A DNA stretch of 64,000 nucleotides from Chrysomallon squamiferum. Its lineage: Eukaryota > Animalia > Mollusca. Where the stretch lies: the NCBI GenBank assembly GCA_012295275.1, contig CM022665.1:1674001-1738000 (forward strand), read 5' to 3'. Under the pieces are notes generated by a model. The model saw nothing but the letters and a program-made list of their open reading frames with translations, was not told where the DNA came from and ran no database searches. The stretch's first letter is position 1, and each line of letters opens with the position of its first letter. Below are positions 39,101-52,034 of this stretch, piece by piece. The position numbers and the translations under genes are program-made.

Positions 39101-42100
39101 GCCATATAACTTTTTAGTCCTATATTTGTTTTCATTCCAAGGCTAACATTATATACACTTTTGAAATAACATATGTCAGATAAAAGTTAAAAAAATGATG
39201 TTGTATGAATATTCTGGCATAAATATCGACAGAAAACTAGAAGAGAATTTTGGTTTATTTATGTACATATTACAGGGGTGCACATGGTGTGGAAACAAGA
39301 CTCGAACAGGAACTGGACCATGGAGAGGAATATCTGCAAAATGCATCTTCTATCAGTTTATTTCGAAGATCAGATCTTGCACTGGATCAATCATCAGAGG
39401 ATACATGGGATCAAAGATCTCTGTTAGAAGACTACCATAAAACTATGCTACAAAAGCCAGATCTTTATAAAAAACCAAAAAGAAAAACAGAATTGCTTAG
39501 TACCAAACAACCACCAAAAGTTGAAATGACCATTACACCCCGAAGAACTATAAAGCCAATACCAAAATCAAAGATACCAAGAAAAAGAGGTTCCATATCC
39601 AAAAATGAACAACAAATAATGGTTGTTACACCCCAGTATATTACGAAACAGTCAGGAAAAACTGATAAAAAACAATCCATGAAAACAGATTCAAAAGATT
39701 CTTCTTCAAAAACAAAAGCTGAGTTAACTGTTTTACCTACTGAAGTTGATGACAGACAAACTGAGGGTGAAAAGGCAAGTGATAAACTTATTTAAATTCT
39801 GTATTGTAATAAAATAATGAATTCCCTTTCATACAGACAAATATCTTTGAGTGTGAATAATAATGCATTTATTTCAGAAGTGGAGAACATTTGCTGATAA
39901 AATAACATGTTTGATATTTAGTAAATGATACTCTTTTGTATTACAGAAATCTGTAGATCTTCATATCCAAACTACACAAAAAGAAAAATTGCCACTATCA
40001 CCTCCTGCAGCCAAGAAAGAGCGGGAAACTGCTGTGGCAGTAGATCTTCAAATGGTAAACTTTTTAAAATTCAGTATCTTTTCTTTTGTCCATAGAACAC
40101 AGAAATTTGTACAATAACTGAAAATAATTTTTTTTTTTTACCAAATAAGATTACATGTTGGGTATGCTGCTACACTGTTAACGAAAATGTTCTACATCAG
40201 TAAAAGATGTACATGAATAAAAAAAAAGCATTTGCATTATGACACTGTTTCAGTTTTATATATACTGTATCTGGTGAAATTAAAAAGCAAATTCTGTATA
40301 GCATATTATTTTAAAAAAGAAACAAGAATATTTATTTTAAATAAAACATTCTTTCAAGTATGTAATTAAGCAAACATATTTGATTATGAATGAGTAAACT
40401 AATTTATTTTTAAAGTAGAAAAATAGTTTTTAATGTACATAGAAGTGAAAATTGTACTTATTAACAAAACTTAAAATTAAAAAATATTTATATTGTAATA
40501 CTTGGATGTTATTTCGTATCAGTTATATTTTAGTAATGATAAAATAAGAAAACAACTTGCTATAACACTGTGGATCTCTTTCATTTAGTAGCAGCAAAGT
40601 ATCTTCATAATGTTCCAATAATAAAAAATATATAAAAACTGGAACTGGATGTATCTCAGATTGATAATGTAATCTGTCACATCTCAGTTGAGCTCTGTGG
40701 TTTCTGAATTGCATCAAAATAAAAGGTAACATTTCAGCATCATGTTTTTACATTTCCTGTGTTTCACAAGTGATAAATAGCTGTAAGATCCCATATTCCA
40801 GAAGTAACTAATGTTATTTTTCCTTCTATATTAAGAAACTTAGAGCTTCTGATGAACAAGTTAGAGAGAAAAAGGAAACAAAACCAGTTTTGCCTTCTTC
40901 AAGCAAAGATGTGCGACCTACCAAGTCAGAAGATTTCCAAAAAGTAAAGTTTATAAATTATAATGTCTAGTTAGAACATAAAAATATATAAATATTTTAA
41001 CAAAAGTGTTTTATTTTAAAGAGAAATATCTTTAAAAGGTTTCAAATAAAATTTAACATTTAGGTATAGGGTTAAATGAAACTGTAATCTTGTATGAATA
41101 CTAGATAACAAAATGTCTGCATAGCCATGTTTTTGTATAGTTATTTGGTAACATTAATATTGTTCTGACAGATGCTGTCTCACTGTGTGTTCATAAAGTA
41201 GTTATCAGATCCCATTATTGTTCTTTTTTCTTGATTTACAGGTTAGATTATAACATTCCCTTTCCTCAAAATAATTAATTTTCTTTCTTTATTTTTTAAT
41301 TTTTCTCCTTTGTTATTTTTTATTTATTTATTAAAGCAGCTGAGATATTCTGATATACAGTTTCAAGGGAAAGAAGAAGCAAAACCAGTTTTGCCCTCTT
41401 TTAGAAAAGATCTGAGGTTTACCAAGTCAGATGATTTCCACAAAGTAAAGTTTATAAAATACAGAAACTTTTACAAAGTCCACAGACACCCAAATCTATA
41501 ACTAATCCTTTGAACCCTTTGCTCTTTGTTATACCATCACTGTGTTCCTTAGCTCTTTGTTCTATCATCATTATGTTCCTTAGCTCTTTGTTCTATCATC
41601 ACTGTGTTCCTTAGCTTTGTTCTATCATCACTCTGTTCCTATGCTCCTTGTTCTACTATAACTGTGTTCTTTAGCTCCATGTTCTATCATCACTGTGTTC
41701 CTTAGCTCTTTGTTCTATCATCACTGTGTTCCTTAGCTCTTTGTTTATATCATCACTGTGTTCCTTAGCTCTTTGTTTATATCATCACTGTGTTCCTTTG
41801 CTCTTTGTTCTACTATAACTGTGTTCTTTAGCTCTATGTTCTGCTGTCACTGCATTTCTTAGTCATTTGATCTATCATCACTGTGTTCCTTAGCTCCTTT
41901 TTCTATCATCACTGTGTTCCTATGCTCCTTGTTCTACTATCACGGCATTCCTGAATGGTTAAATACCCTTAAGGTATAGTTTCATCAGAATGATCTTCAC
42001 AACACTGGGTAATAATAACAAATCACATTTTTTTTTATTGTACTTTTCTTCACTTAAGAAAGAAATAATTAATGTCTTCTCAATTTTTAATTTTTCTTCT

Positions 42101-45100
42101 ATGTTAAGAAGAGTAAAGCTTCTGATGAACAAGTCAAAGAAGAAAAGGAAACAAAACTACTTTTGCCTCCTTCAAGCAAAGAACTGCGACCTACCAAGTC
42201 AGAAGATTTCCAAAAAGTAAAGTTTATAAATTTCAGACCCATTTTATAATGTCTATAGAACACACAAATACAAAAGTATAATTAACAGATGTATTTTATT
42301 TTAAAGAACAATATCTTTAGCTGGTTTCAAATAAAATTTATTTTTGGGACGTAGGTCATTTTCACAGAAATGAACAAACTGGAAAATTGTTTTCAGAAGA
42401 TATATATATATATATAATATATATGTTTTTAAAAAATGTTATAAAACAATAGGATTCTCAAAACCATTACAAAACACATAATTTGTTCACATAGTTGTAT
42501 TTATTTTATTCTGTATCAGGCAAAGTACAGTGTCTCATTTTAATAGGCATTACAGTATTGACCATTATATTTTAAATAAATAATATTTTATTTATTTTGC
42601 TTGTTTTTGCATAAGATCTTATCCAAATAAAACAGAATGAAAACATATCATATATGTAATATTTTTGTCGTCCAAATCCCCTTCTAAACATGAATGATTT
42701 TACAAAGATTAAGAAAATGTATCACTTGATCAGAAGTATATACCACCATCATTTCTAAAATGGAAATATAGACCTAATTTGTGTAACTGTTTATTTATTT
42801 AATAAATCTTGCTAAATAGCACAACTTGGCCTACATATGTTATTACACATTGTTATCAAGCACCAGAGCAGAAGTAGAAAAAGGAAAAGAAACCAGTCAA
42901 TAGGACATTATGAGAAAAGTGTATTAAATGAAGCTGATTAGACATATTAATGTCCACATTTGTTGCATATATTTTAGGTGTAACAAAATAAAAAAATATC
43001 GTTACCATCACAAAACTATGGGAATGATGGGAAAATGACCTTTCACTTGTCAGTTGAACTCTGTCCTGCTGAACATACTTAGTATCATTTTTGTTATGAA
43101 CTTACTTTATTGTAGAAATGGTAAAAACCATAACATTTTATTTCCCAAAATAAATTAATGTTCTTTCTCTTTCTTTTCTGTTTTCTTTCTTCTTTTGTTT
43201 TTGTATATTAAAGCAGCAGAGATATTCTGATATACAGTTTAGCGAGAAAGATGAAACAAAACCAGTTTTGCCTTCTTTTAAAAGAGATCTGAGACCTACC
43301 AAGTCAGAAGATTTCCACAAAGTAAAGTTTATAAAACACAGAACCTTTTATAATACCAATAAGTATAATAAACTGATGTTTTATTTTAGAGAAAAATATC
43401 TTTAGTTGGTTTCAAATAAAATTTATCGTTTGGTTGTAGAGTTAAATGGAACTTTCAGATATATATAATTACTAGATCATAAAAAACTGTTTGGACAATA
43501 TTTGGGTAAAACAAATCTCGTTACATTACACTAATGAGATATAATTGCCAGAAATATTCAGATACTGTAATTAAATTGGGAGGTTATCTTTATACACATG
43601 TGTCTGTGTCTGTATATTATTATTATTTATATATTATTTTATATATTATTTTCTTCTCTGTTAAAGCAGTATAAAGATATAGAGAAAAAAGAAATGCTAC
43701 CTTCTTTGCCAATAGATCATCAAAAGGTAAAGTTTTTAATATTCAAAACATTCTATAATGTCCATCAGAAATTTCAGATATTTGACATATAATATTTTAA
43801 TAATGTATCATTATAAGGTCAGAAAACATTATGTTATTAAATATTTCTAAATTGTGTCTATGGAACAGTGAAGTAATGGGTTACATATATTGTCTTTACT
43901 TCCATCTTACTATTACATGATCGCTTCTGTGCTGTATATGTGTCTGTATTATCTAGCATGCTTCTTAACATTAATTTTTCACTCACTCCAGATTATTGAA
44001 ATATGATAAAGTCTTCAGTGATCTACTTATAGTTCATGTCCTTTGTAACGTTCAACATCGATTTGTTGCATTTTTGGATTTTTTAAATAGAATATAATGT
44101 CTGCATTTATTCTGGCCTGCTTCAGCCATTTTCACCTATCTTTCTTCAGTTTATATAGAAGTTTCTGTCTCCAGATTCAAAATGCAGGCAATAATGTGTT
44201 TTTTTCATATTAAAGCAACATAAAGATGACATTACAATGATTGAAGACGATGATGTACAGAAAGAAGAAATGACACCTTTGTTTCCTGCTTCTAAGAAAC
44301 AGATGCCATCTACAAAAGCTGCTTCTAAGAAAAAGATGCCACCTGTAAAACCTTTTCTTTTTCACTCTAAGAAAGAGACAATATCTTCAAAACCTTCTGT
44401 TCTTGTTTCTAAGAAAGAGGGGCCACTTGCAAAACCTTTGTATATGTCTTCTGAAAAACAGGAGCCACCTGCAAAACCTTTGGTGGTTGACACGTCTGAG
44501 AAAGAGGTACCACTTGCAATGACTTTGGCTCCTGATTCTAGGATACAGGAACTACCTGCTGCGTCTGAAGACCTTCAAAAGGTAAAATCAGAACATTTTA
44601 TAGTGTTGAGAGATCTCAGCATTTGTAGAATAACTGACATATCAGTTTTATATCAGAAAAATATTTGGTAGAATTTTCATATTCAAAAGTAACTTTTCTG
44701 ATATCATGTAAATTTTAATAATTATTTTCATCATAAAAATAGAAAAATATAAGAACTGGAATAGGATGTAATCTATCACTTCTCAGTTGAACTCTGTGTA
44801 TCTGCACCAAAATGAAAGCTGACATTTCAGAGTTGTTTTTTGCACTTTCTTTGTTTCAGAAGCAAAACATATATTATAAGATCCCATTTTCTAGAAGTAA
44901 TTAATGTGTTTTATTTCCTCTGGTATATTAAGAAACAGAGAGATGTAAAAGTTAGAAAGAAAGAAGAAAAAATACTACTTGCCCCTGTTTATAAGAAAGT
45001 ACTGTCAGAAGAACTTCGAATGGTAAGGATTCTGAAAATCTAATTTTTTTATAATTTCAAATTACTTAGTATTTCAGATAATAATGAACAAAATATTTCT

Positions 45101-47741
45101 AAATAATATGAAATAACATTTACAGATAACTTTATGTATGAATCTTGCACTTTTTCATTTGAGAAAGGTATGAAAAATGGCTGAAGAAATCTGAAAGATC
45201 TTTTGTTTCTTTATTTAAGCAACATAGATATGGCATTCCAGTGCATAAACCAGAGAGGGTACAAATTGTGCAGAAAGAAGTAATAATACCAGTTACTATG
45301 TCTTCCACGAAAGATATACAACCTGATGTGTTAAGTCTTCAAAAGGTAAAGTTTTAAAAATTGTAATTCTTTTTGTCCATAGAACTCCCCCTCCCCCAAA
45401 AAACATGTTCTTATTGATATTTCAACAGAGTTATATCTTAATGATTGTTACATGTTAATCATATTTTTGTAACATTAGTAAGATAATTGAAAATATATTC
45501 ATCCATTAAAATGTGTAATTACAAATATACCCAGTGCCTGGGAAGATGATCTGACAATAATGTTCTCAGACTTACTGGGTATTGACACAAATGCATGATT
45601 TTGGACCCAGTAAACAGAAATGTATTCCGCAGTGTTCTCCTGTAAGTAGTTTTTCCATACCTCAGTTTATCTATCATCAGCAACTGGATGGTTTGCAAAC
45701 AGAAATTCTTACAGAATGATAACAACTCTTCTTTAAAAAGTTGTTTGAAGAGAAACAGAATATTTTGACAAATTTAACAAAGTCGTTGGAAAAAGTTGAT
45801 TTGGACTGGTTTAATTTATATTCATTTTAGAATTGTCAACCTAGAAAAAAAACAATTCTTGTTATAAAACAGAGGGAGAGATATCACTTGAAGTTTTTGT
45901 TAAACACTTTATAATGATAGAAGTTAATAATTCTAAATTCTAAATGAAGAGATGCTTCAGATGATGTATGCCAAAATATGCCATCCACATTTACTGTGAC
46001 ATATTGCACAATGAGTGCCATAATATGACCTTCAATGTTCCAAAAGTAATTAATCTGCCACATTTTGTATTATTGTGAACTGTGACTTAAGTGAATCTTT
46101 GCTGTTTCTCTGTTTGTAATATAGTGTTCATGCCTCATGGCGTAACTGTAACAATTGTGATCCCTTTAGTAGAATAAATTTAGTTCATCTCAACAAAATG
46201 CAAATTCTTTCTCTATTTCTTAATGAGAACTCCTCATTAATAAAATGCAGTTTTAGCCCATCTTTTTCCCACACAATAAATACATAGGTGAAATGGATCA
46301 AGACACTAATTAAATTGTCTTCTCCATAATCCCTTATATGGAGAAAAAGTTCCTTATGGCAAGTGTAATGAATTGTATAATAGATGCATCTCTATTCACC
46401 CCCCCCCCAAAAAAAAAAACCTACATTTTTACATTTAATTCTATTTAAAATGTCTCCTGTCTCTTGTGAATCCAATCACAACATCCTTCACATGCTTTAG
46501 GATATGCTGTCACCTTTTATTTTTTATACAGTCTTCTTTGTTAAAGTAAGTTCAGAAGTATTTCAATTTAATTTCAGAAAATGACTGAAAGGATGCCTAT
46601 AGCAGTAGCTGATACAGTGAAAGGGAAAGAAAAAATAACTGAGCCTCAGGTTAATTAGTAATATTTCAGTTATCATTTCTTCCATTAACAATGAGAAAAT
46701 CTGTAGAATCATTTTCTATTATTTATTATTTAATTATTTTATATCATTTCGTCATTTTGTTTACAGATTTTTCCATTACATTTCTGTCTTAATTTTTATT
46801 CTTTTTTTTTTACACATATACTTTGTTACAATGGTTTAATTTTTATAAAGGTTATGTATGTGTGTGTATGCTAGCAGTTGAATTTATTATGATTCTTTCA
46901 TTGCAGGAAGAATCTACTAAAGAAGAAAAACTGAAAAAGATTTTGGAAGACAGAAAGGTTAAAAATTTAGTTTTATAGGTTTCAATGCTTATGTGGTTAT
47001 ATTGTTTAATATTCAGGGTGCTGAAAATTTATGTTAATAGGGATGTGTTGTTTTATAGTATAATTTTAGCATCACTTTTCAAATGTCCTTGCTAAACAAA
47101 TTTCATATCCATTACACTTTCATCTTATTTGCAAATATTAATTGAAAACAGAAATATATTTTAAATCACACTGGGTTTTTTGTCACAAAATACCTTATAA
47201 TAAAGTGGGTTTTTTAAAGTAAATAGTCACCTTTTTAATCTACTTTTATACAATAGTGTATTCTGAGAGTATGGCAGTCAACAGAAGGTAAAAGAGATGT
47301 ATGCAACATTTCATGAATTAATTCTCTGTTTTGTTTGTAAATAAAATCTGAAAACATTTCATAACACTATAACTATTAAGAAGATAGTTTATATCTTGAA
47401 TATTAACTTCAGAAATATGACCTAAGAATTACACCCATGGATGTAAGAAGCAGTTCAAAAGAAGATGTTGAAAAGGTATGTTTGTGTGTTTGTGTGTGTG
47501 TGTGTGTCTGTATTGATTATTAGTTTTCAGTTAACTTTCTTAACAGTAGAACTTTTAATTTGATGTCAGCTAGAAGAGAGATAAAACAATTTAGTCATCT
47601 TCATTTGGATTGAATTGTACAGATCAGTTTAAAAAAAAGATGTAATAATAAAATTTCAATTTCGTTTTTTATTCATATTTTATGTGACTGAAATTTTTTT
47701 TTTTTTTTTTAGAATTATTTAGTTAAGCTACATTATTATTA

Positions 47742-47794
<53 letters not shown>

Positions 47795-49865
47795 AGAAAG
47801 AAAGTACTGGAACAAAAAAGGTTACTTACCAAGAAGAGCAACAAGAAATATCAGAAGACAAACCGATTAGAGAAGAATATCGTGTGGTATTTACCATAAA
47901 TATTGTGACTTTTATAAACAAATTCATTATTAAATATTCTTAGAACATTGCTAACCTTTGAAATGTAATTTCATTTTATTTCTTCAGAAATAACATACTT
48001 TCTTTTCTAGAAAAAACAACAACTTGGCATTTCTAAATTTTGACTTCAAAATTAATCATGGTAACTGAAAACTGCTATTAATTTAATTTTAAACAGCTAT
48101 TATAATTCCAAATCTTTAAATATAATTTCAGAAAAGTCTTGAAAAGACGCCATCACTTTTAGCAATTTTTAGAGCATTAAGGGATTCAACAGAGGATCAT
48201 GCAATAAAAGAGAAAGTTTGCAAACAAGTACTGTTGAAACGGAGAAAATCACTTATATCCCAGGTATGCTTGTCACAAAATCAAATATATTTTCACAGTA
48301 TTCCTAAATGCTATATCATTTTATTTAATTTTAATTTAAGAAGAAGTTAATTATTATTACTATTTTTATATATAACAGAAGGAAGCTGCTGAAAAGTCAA
48401 AATTTTTCATTCCTGAAAAAATGAAGGATAAAACCAGAAAGCCTTTGGAAGACAAAAAAGAAGTGAAAGAACTTCATAAGGTAATCATTTCCCACAGTCT
48501 CAGAATGTTTTAGTATAATAATGCATTTATGAAAATATTTTAATTGTTTTTAAATACTTAATTTTGTTGTTTTCAGACATATTCCTTTAAAGACTTAGAT
48601 TCCAAATTATAATGTCAGCTTAAAGGCAAGTGTGCAGAGCTGAGATAAGAAATATACTTTTTTGTTATTTTGTTTTTAGAAAAGAAAAGGGCATATATAC
48701 AAACACTGAGAGATTATTTATATGCTAGCAGATAATTGTTTTTAATAAATCTGTTATCATGTAATATAACCAAACCAAGATGATTTGAGCCCAGAAATAT
48801 CAGACATCCAAAAACACAAATATGCTGGCTATTTCCTACTTACGGAAATGTGTTCATAATTTTCCATAACGTAATGTTTTCCGTAGTGCCATATTTAAAA
48901 AGAAGTGTGTGTGTGTGTGTTCACACATATGTATCTATACTATTGTTTACAGTAATCCACATTATAATGAACATTCATGAAATGATTCATTGGTAGACAT
49001 AACTCCCAGTATCTGTATACATACCATAATTTCTGTTAGAAATTTGTTTCTTCAAATAATCATAATTCACATCACTGCAATTTACTTTATTTAACATTAG
49101 CTGGCAGATGCTGCAATGACCAGGCCAGAAGTGATTACTGAGGACTGGTTTTATAAACTGATAAAAGAACATATTTTTAAAAACAGAACCAGGAGAGCAT
49201 CACTCGGTAAGAACATTCAAAATATCAATTTAATAAACTGTATTCTTAAAATATTTAGTTTTTGTTATTATTATTATTTGGTGTAGAGACACCTTGTTGT
49301 ATTATGTCACTGTACGCCTATCATATACAGGATCTGTGATACAGGAAGTGAGACAAAGAATAATCTATCCTCCTGAATAAATTACGGTGTAACTCATTTC
49401 ATTCATCTAATCAACACTGATAACACAAATGTCTATTTAGTCTGCAGTGTTTGATCTGTTTGACTAACTAACCAAAATTAAACTAAGTAGCCTACACCAA
49501 CTGCTACAGTTTAAGAATGCCCTTTAATTTTAGGCATGTTTAAAGTCTGAAAAGGACATTTCAATCTGTGAAACAATAGCTAAATAATTTATATAATTAG
49601 GTGGGTTTTTTCCTTTATAGACAGAGCTGCAAGTCAGAAAGAAGATGTTTTAAATCAGGTGCTGGGTGAAAAACAGGTGCTTCATTATTTTGAGAGAATG
49701 CATCACCGCATGCATGCAGGTTTAGCTTCTGAAAAAGAAGAATTTGACAAACTTCAAAATGAGAGACAAAATCTGTTTATCATCATGTGGATGTTGTGAG
49801 TAATGCAGCTCTGACCTCAGTTTTACATTGTACTTTTATTTCTTCATTTTGTCAGTATCTTGCTA

Positions 49866-49914
<49 letters not shown>

Positions 49915-52034
49915 CATTTCGATAGTAGCTGCATTTTCTTATGATAATGAGAAATTTGGCATCTGTAGAAGAATGATACCAAATATAAAATATTACTTGT
50001 TATCCTTTTATTTTTGTTTATTTTAATTTTAATTTTAATTTTTATTTATTTATTTATTTTTATTATTATTATTATTTTTTTTTTTGTTGAGAGTGAGATA
50101 GGAAATGTACTTGAATTAATGTAACATAATGCAGTCGTTTTCCATTTTAAGGTTCAAAAAACTTTTAATTTTATTAAAACATCAAACTTTTGCTACACAT
50201 TGGAAATACAGGAAAAATTAAATACTCATTGCTATAATATTTAGCTTGATAAATGCTATTTTTGCAAATTATTTTTATAAACAATATGCAGTCTCTATCT
50301 TGGAATTTGGATTATAGTTTTGCTTTGGCATATGATTATATTAAATCCATACAGTTAATAGAATGATATATCAATTCAGTAGGAATTAATATAAGGAATA
50401 TTTTTACTACAGACTTAGAGAAGCATTCAAGGAGCATGGAATAAATGTGACCATTCCAGCAATAAGAAAACATTTGTCAGTTTTACCAAAACCTCCCAAA
50501 CCAGTTAAAGAGGAATTTGAACTGCCTAAGTTTGGTCCAATGAGACGACACACAGTTCCCCATCTTTTTGGACGAATGCGAAGCTCAATCCCAACTGATG
50601 ATTTTTTTCAAATAAAAGGGACCAGAATTGGAACTTACATTGAGACAGCTTTTCGCAAACCAATAAGTATACTCTTTATAGTTAATATTAACAGTTTTTA
50701 GCTGACGTAATTTTTGGTTTGTAAATATGTTGTCTTAAAAGAAATAATATGAAATCCTAAACATAAATATAAATACTTAAAATCTATTGTTGCTAACTGA
50801 TAAAAGTAATCATATGCAGGAGTTACATATGTATGTTTGTATAAAATATTTTTGTATCCAAAAATAAAGTTCATTTAAACAAAAAAATTTAATTTATAAG
50901 AACTATTTAATTTCTCTCAGTAAATATGAATTTATACCCAGTCATGTCATGCATTTATTCCTTAGTTTATATTTTAAATATATTAATGTAATGTTCTATC
51001 TCTCAATGCTGTTTCAGCACAAATTCAGAAAATCTGTTTATTATTGCTTAATATAATTTTTATTTTTTTATTTTAAGAGACTACCAAAAAGGTCTTAACA
51101 AAACCTCTTCTGTTTAAACCATATCTCACTAAATTAGACGAACAGAAAAAATATACATCTGGAAGAAGGTAAAAAGCATAAATAGTCTTCAGCTATTTTA
51201 CAGGATACATTTTAATTGTAGCATTTGGTGCACAAGGGTTGATAATCTGTTCTTGCACAAACTATATTTTGAAATAAAACAGTGCAGCTTTTGTTTCTCT
51301 CACACCAATACATTATTTTGTTTGATTTTTTTTTTTAACATTTTAATATTCCTAACTATAGTGTTTAATTAGATTAATATTTTCAACAGTACATTAATTT
51401 TGTTTTTCTCTCAAAAAACATCTCCATTTGATGAACCCTGATATGAAAAAGATCCCCACTCCTCTTTAAAATGTCATCATTTTCCTCCTCTTAAAGTCTT
51501 TCATTTTAAGTGTCTCCTGATTTTCAACTTTTCTTTAATCTCAACTCCTACTGGTCTTGAAAGCCTGCTTCTGTAATAATCTTTATATCCTTCTTTTAAA
51601 CCTTCAAAATGTCATCAGACCAAGTCTCATTTGTCAGTTCTTCAGATGGTCTCTCTTCAGCATTAGAAATTTTCCCTGCTGTTCTTGCAGTTTCAGCCTC
51701 CACCACTTTTGTGGCTTGAATAGAATTCTGTTTTCAGTCTTATTTTACAGCATCGTTTTACCCACTGTTTAAAATTTGAGGCTTTGCTCCACTTTGTCCT
51801 GTTTAGTTCTGAAATGACCAGATATAAATTCATGTAAACACAAACACTGCAATATCATTAAATGAATAATACTGACTTTTTTTTAGATACACCGAACCAG
51901 CAAGGTACATATTACACGATCATGATAGAAAACGCTATTCATACTCCATTAATAGAGAAATTTTGTATCCATTAAGTTGTTGCCGCAGCTTTCAAATACA
52001 GCAGAATGCGGTTCAGTTTATTGAAGATGAATAA
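23107..52034 (+). CDS. Large uncharacterised protein (~2,240 aa, ~41 coding exons): N-terminal helical/coiled-coil region, Ser/Pro/Thr octapeptide repeats, duplicated Lys/Glu/Pro-rich exons
   Basis: Phase-consistent exon chain: 23107-23499, 23901-23966, 26150-26266, 27236-27312, 27710-27799, 28288-28328, 28653-28760, 29171-29274, 29720-29830, 30504-30696, 31081-31148, 31483-31546, 31803-31930, 34006-34365, 34603-36005, 36252-36450, 36732-36786, 37372-37433, 37964-38017, 38911-38978, 39276-39774, 39947-40054, 40836-40943, 41337-41444, 42109-42216, 43214-43321, 43667-43726, 44216-44581, 44933-45022, 45220-45345, 46578-46649, 46907-46957, 47413-47475, 47797-47886, 48132-48263, 48379-48480, 49101-49206, 49621-49795, 50413-50666, 51078-51168, 51887-52034 (TAA). 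Start context aaaATGG. A few donors are weak (34365, 50666) and extra exons near 32821-33018 are possible. Confidence 0.8.
23542..23598. repeat. (ACAT)n microsatellite
   Basis: About 14 tetranucleotide units. Confidence 0.95.
24330..24400 (+). mobile_element. Retroposon-like 3' tail remnant, copy 2
   Basis: tgacacccaataactgatcttcttttcatgctgaggtgtcattaaacattcactca, similar to 20795-20872. Confidence 0.55.
25745..25858. repeat. Inverted repeat with 27-bp arms and a 60-nt spacer (hairpin or MITE remnant)
   Basis: ctgtagctgtgatgtcatcaggtacag (25745-25771) pairs with ctatacctgatgacatcatggctacag (25832-25858). Confidence 0.8.
30236..30308 (+). mobile_element. Retroposon-like 3' tail remnant, copy 3 (more diverged)
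   Basis: ttacacca...tgacatttaacagctgatgtg...gatgctgtcaaaaattcattcatt. Confidence 0.4.
33104..33190. repeat. (TAT)n(TCT)n(TAT)n microsatellite
   Basis: Directly visible; source of the poly-Ile/poly-Arg ORF 33054-33386. Confidence 0.95.
34618..35025 (+). repeat. Coding 24-nt tandem repeat, about 17 units, consensus TSAPGISP
   Basis: acaagtgccccaggaatttcacct-like units in the open frame of exon 34603-36005. Confidence 0.92.
35146..35457 (+). repeat. Coding 24-nt tandem repeat, about 13 units, consensus K(Q/R)VVSP(E/D)T
   Basis: aaacaagttgtttcaccagagaca-like units, near identical. Confidence 0.95.
40836..43321 (+). repeat. Four tandemly duplicated 108-nt phase-0 exons in A-B-A-B order
   Basis: 40836 KLRASDEQV.. 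and 42109 KSKASDEQV.. (A); 41337 QLRYSDIQF.. and 43214 QQRYSDIQF.. (B). All end TKS(E/D)DF(Q/H)K|gtaaagtttataaa. Confidence 0.92.
41519..41950. repeat. Intronic 31-bp minisatellite, about 14 copies
   Basis: Unit tagctctttgttctatcatcactgtgttcct with variants. Confidence 0.95.
47732..47792. repeat. (ATT)n microsatellite abutting a splice acceptor
   Basis: The ATT tract runs directly into acag|AAA at 47796/47797. Confidence 0.9.

Noticed and set aside
41519-41950. CRISPR-like appearance of the 31-bp repeat
   Set aside because: Units are head-to-tail with no unique spacers, there are no cas genes, and the context is a eukaryotic intron.
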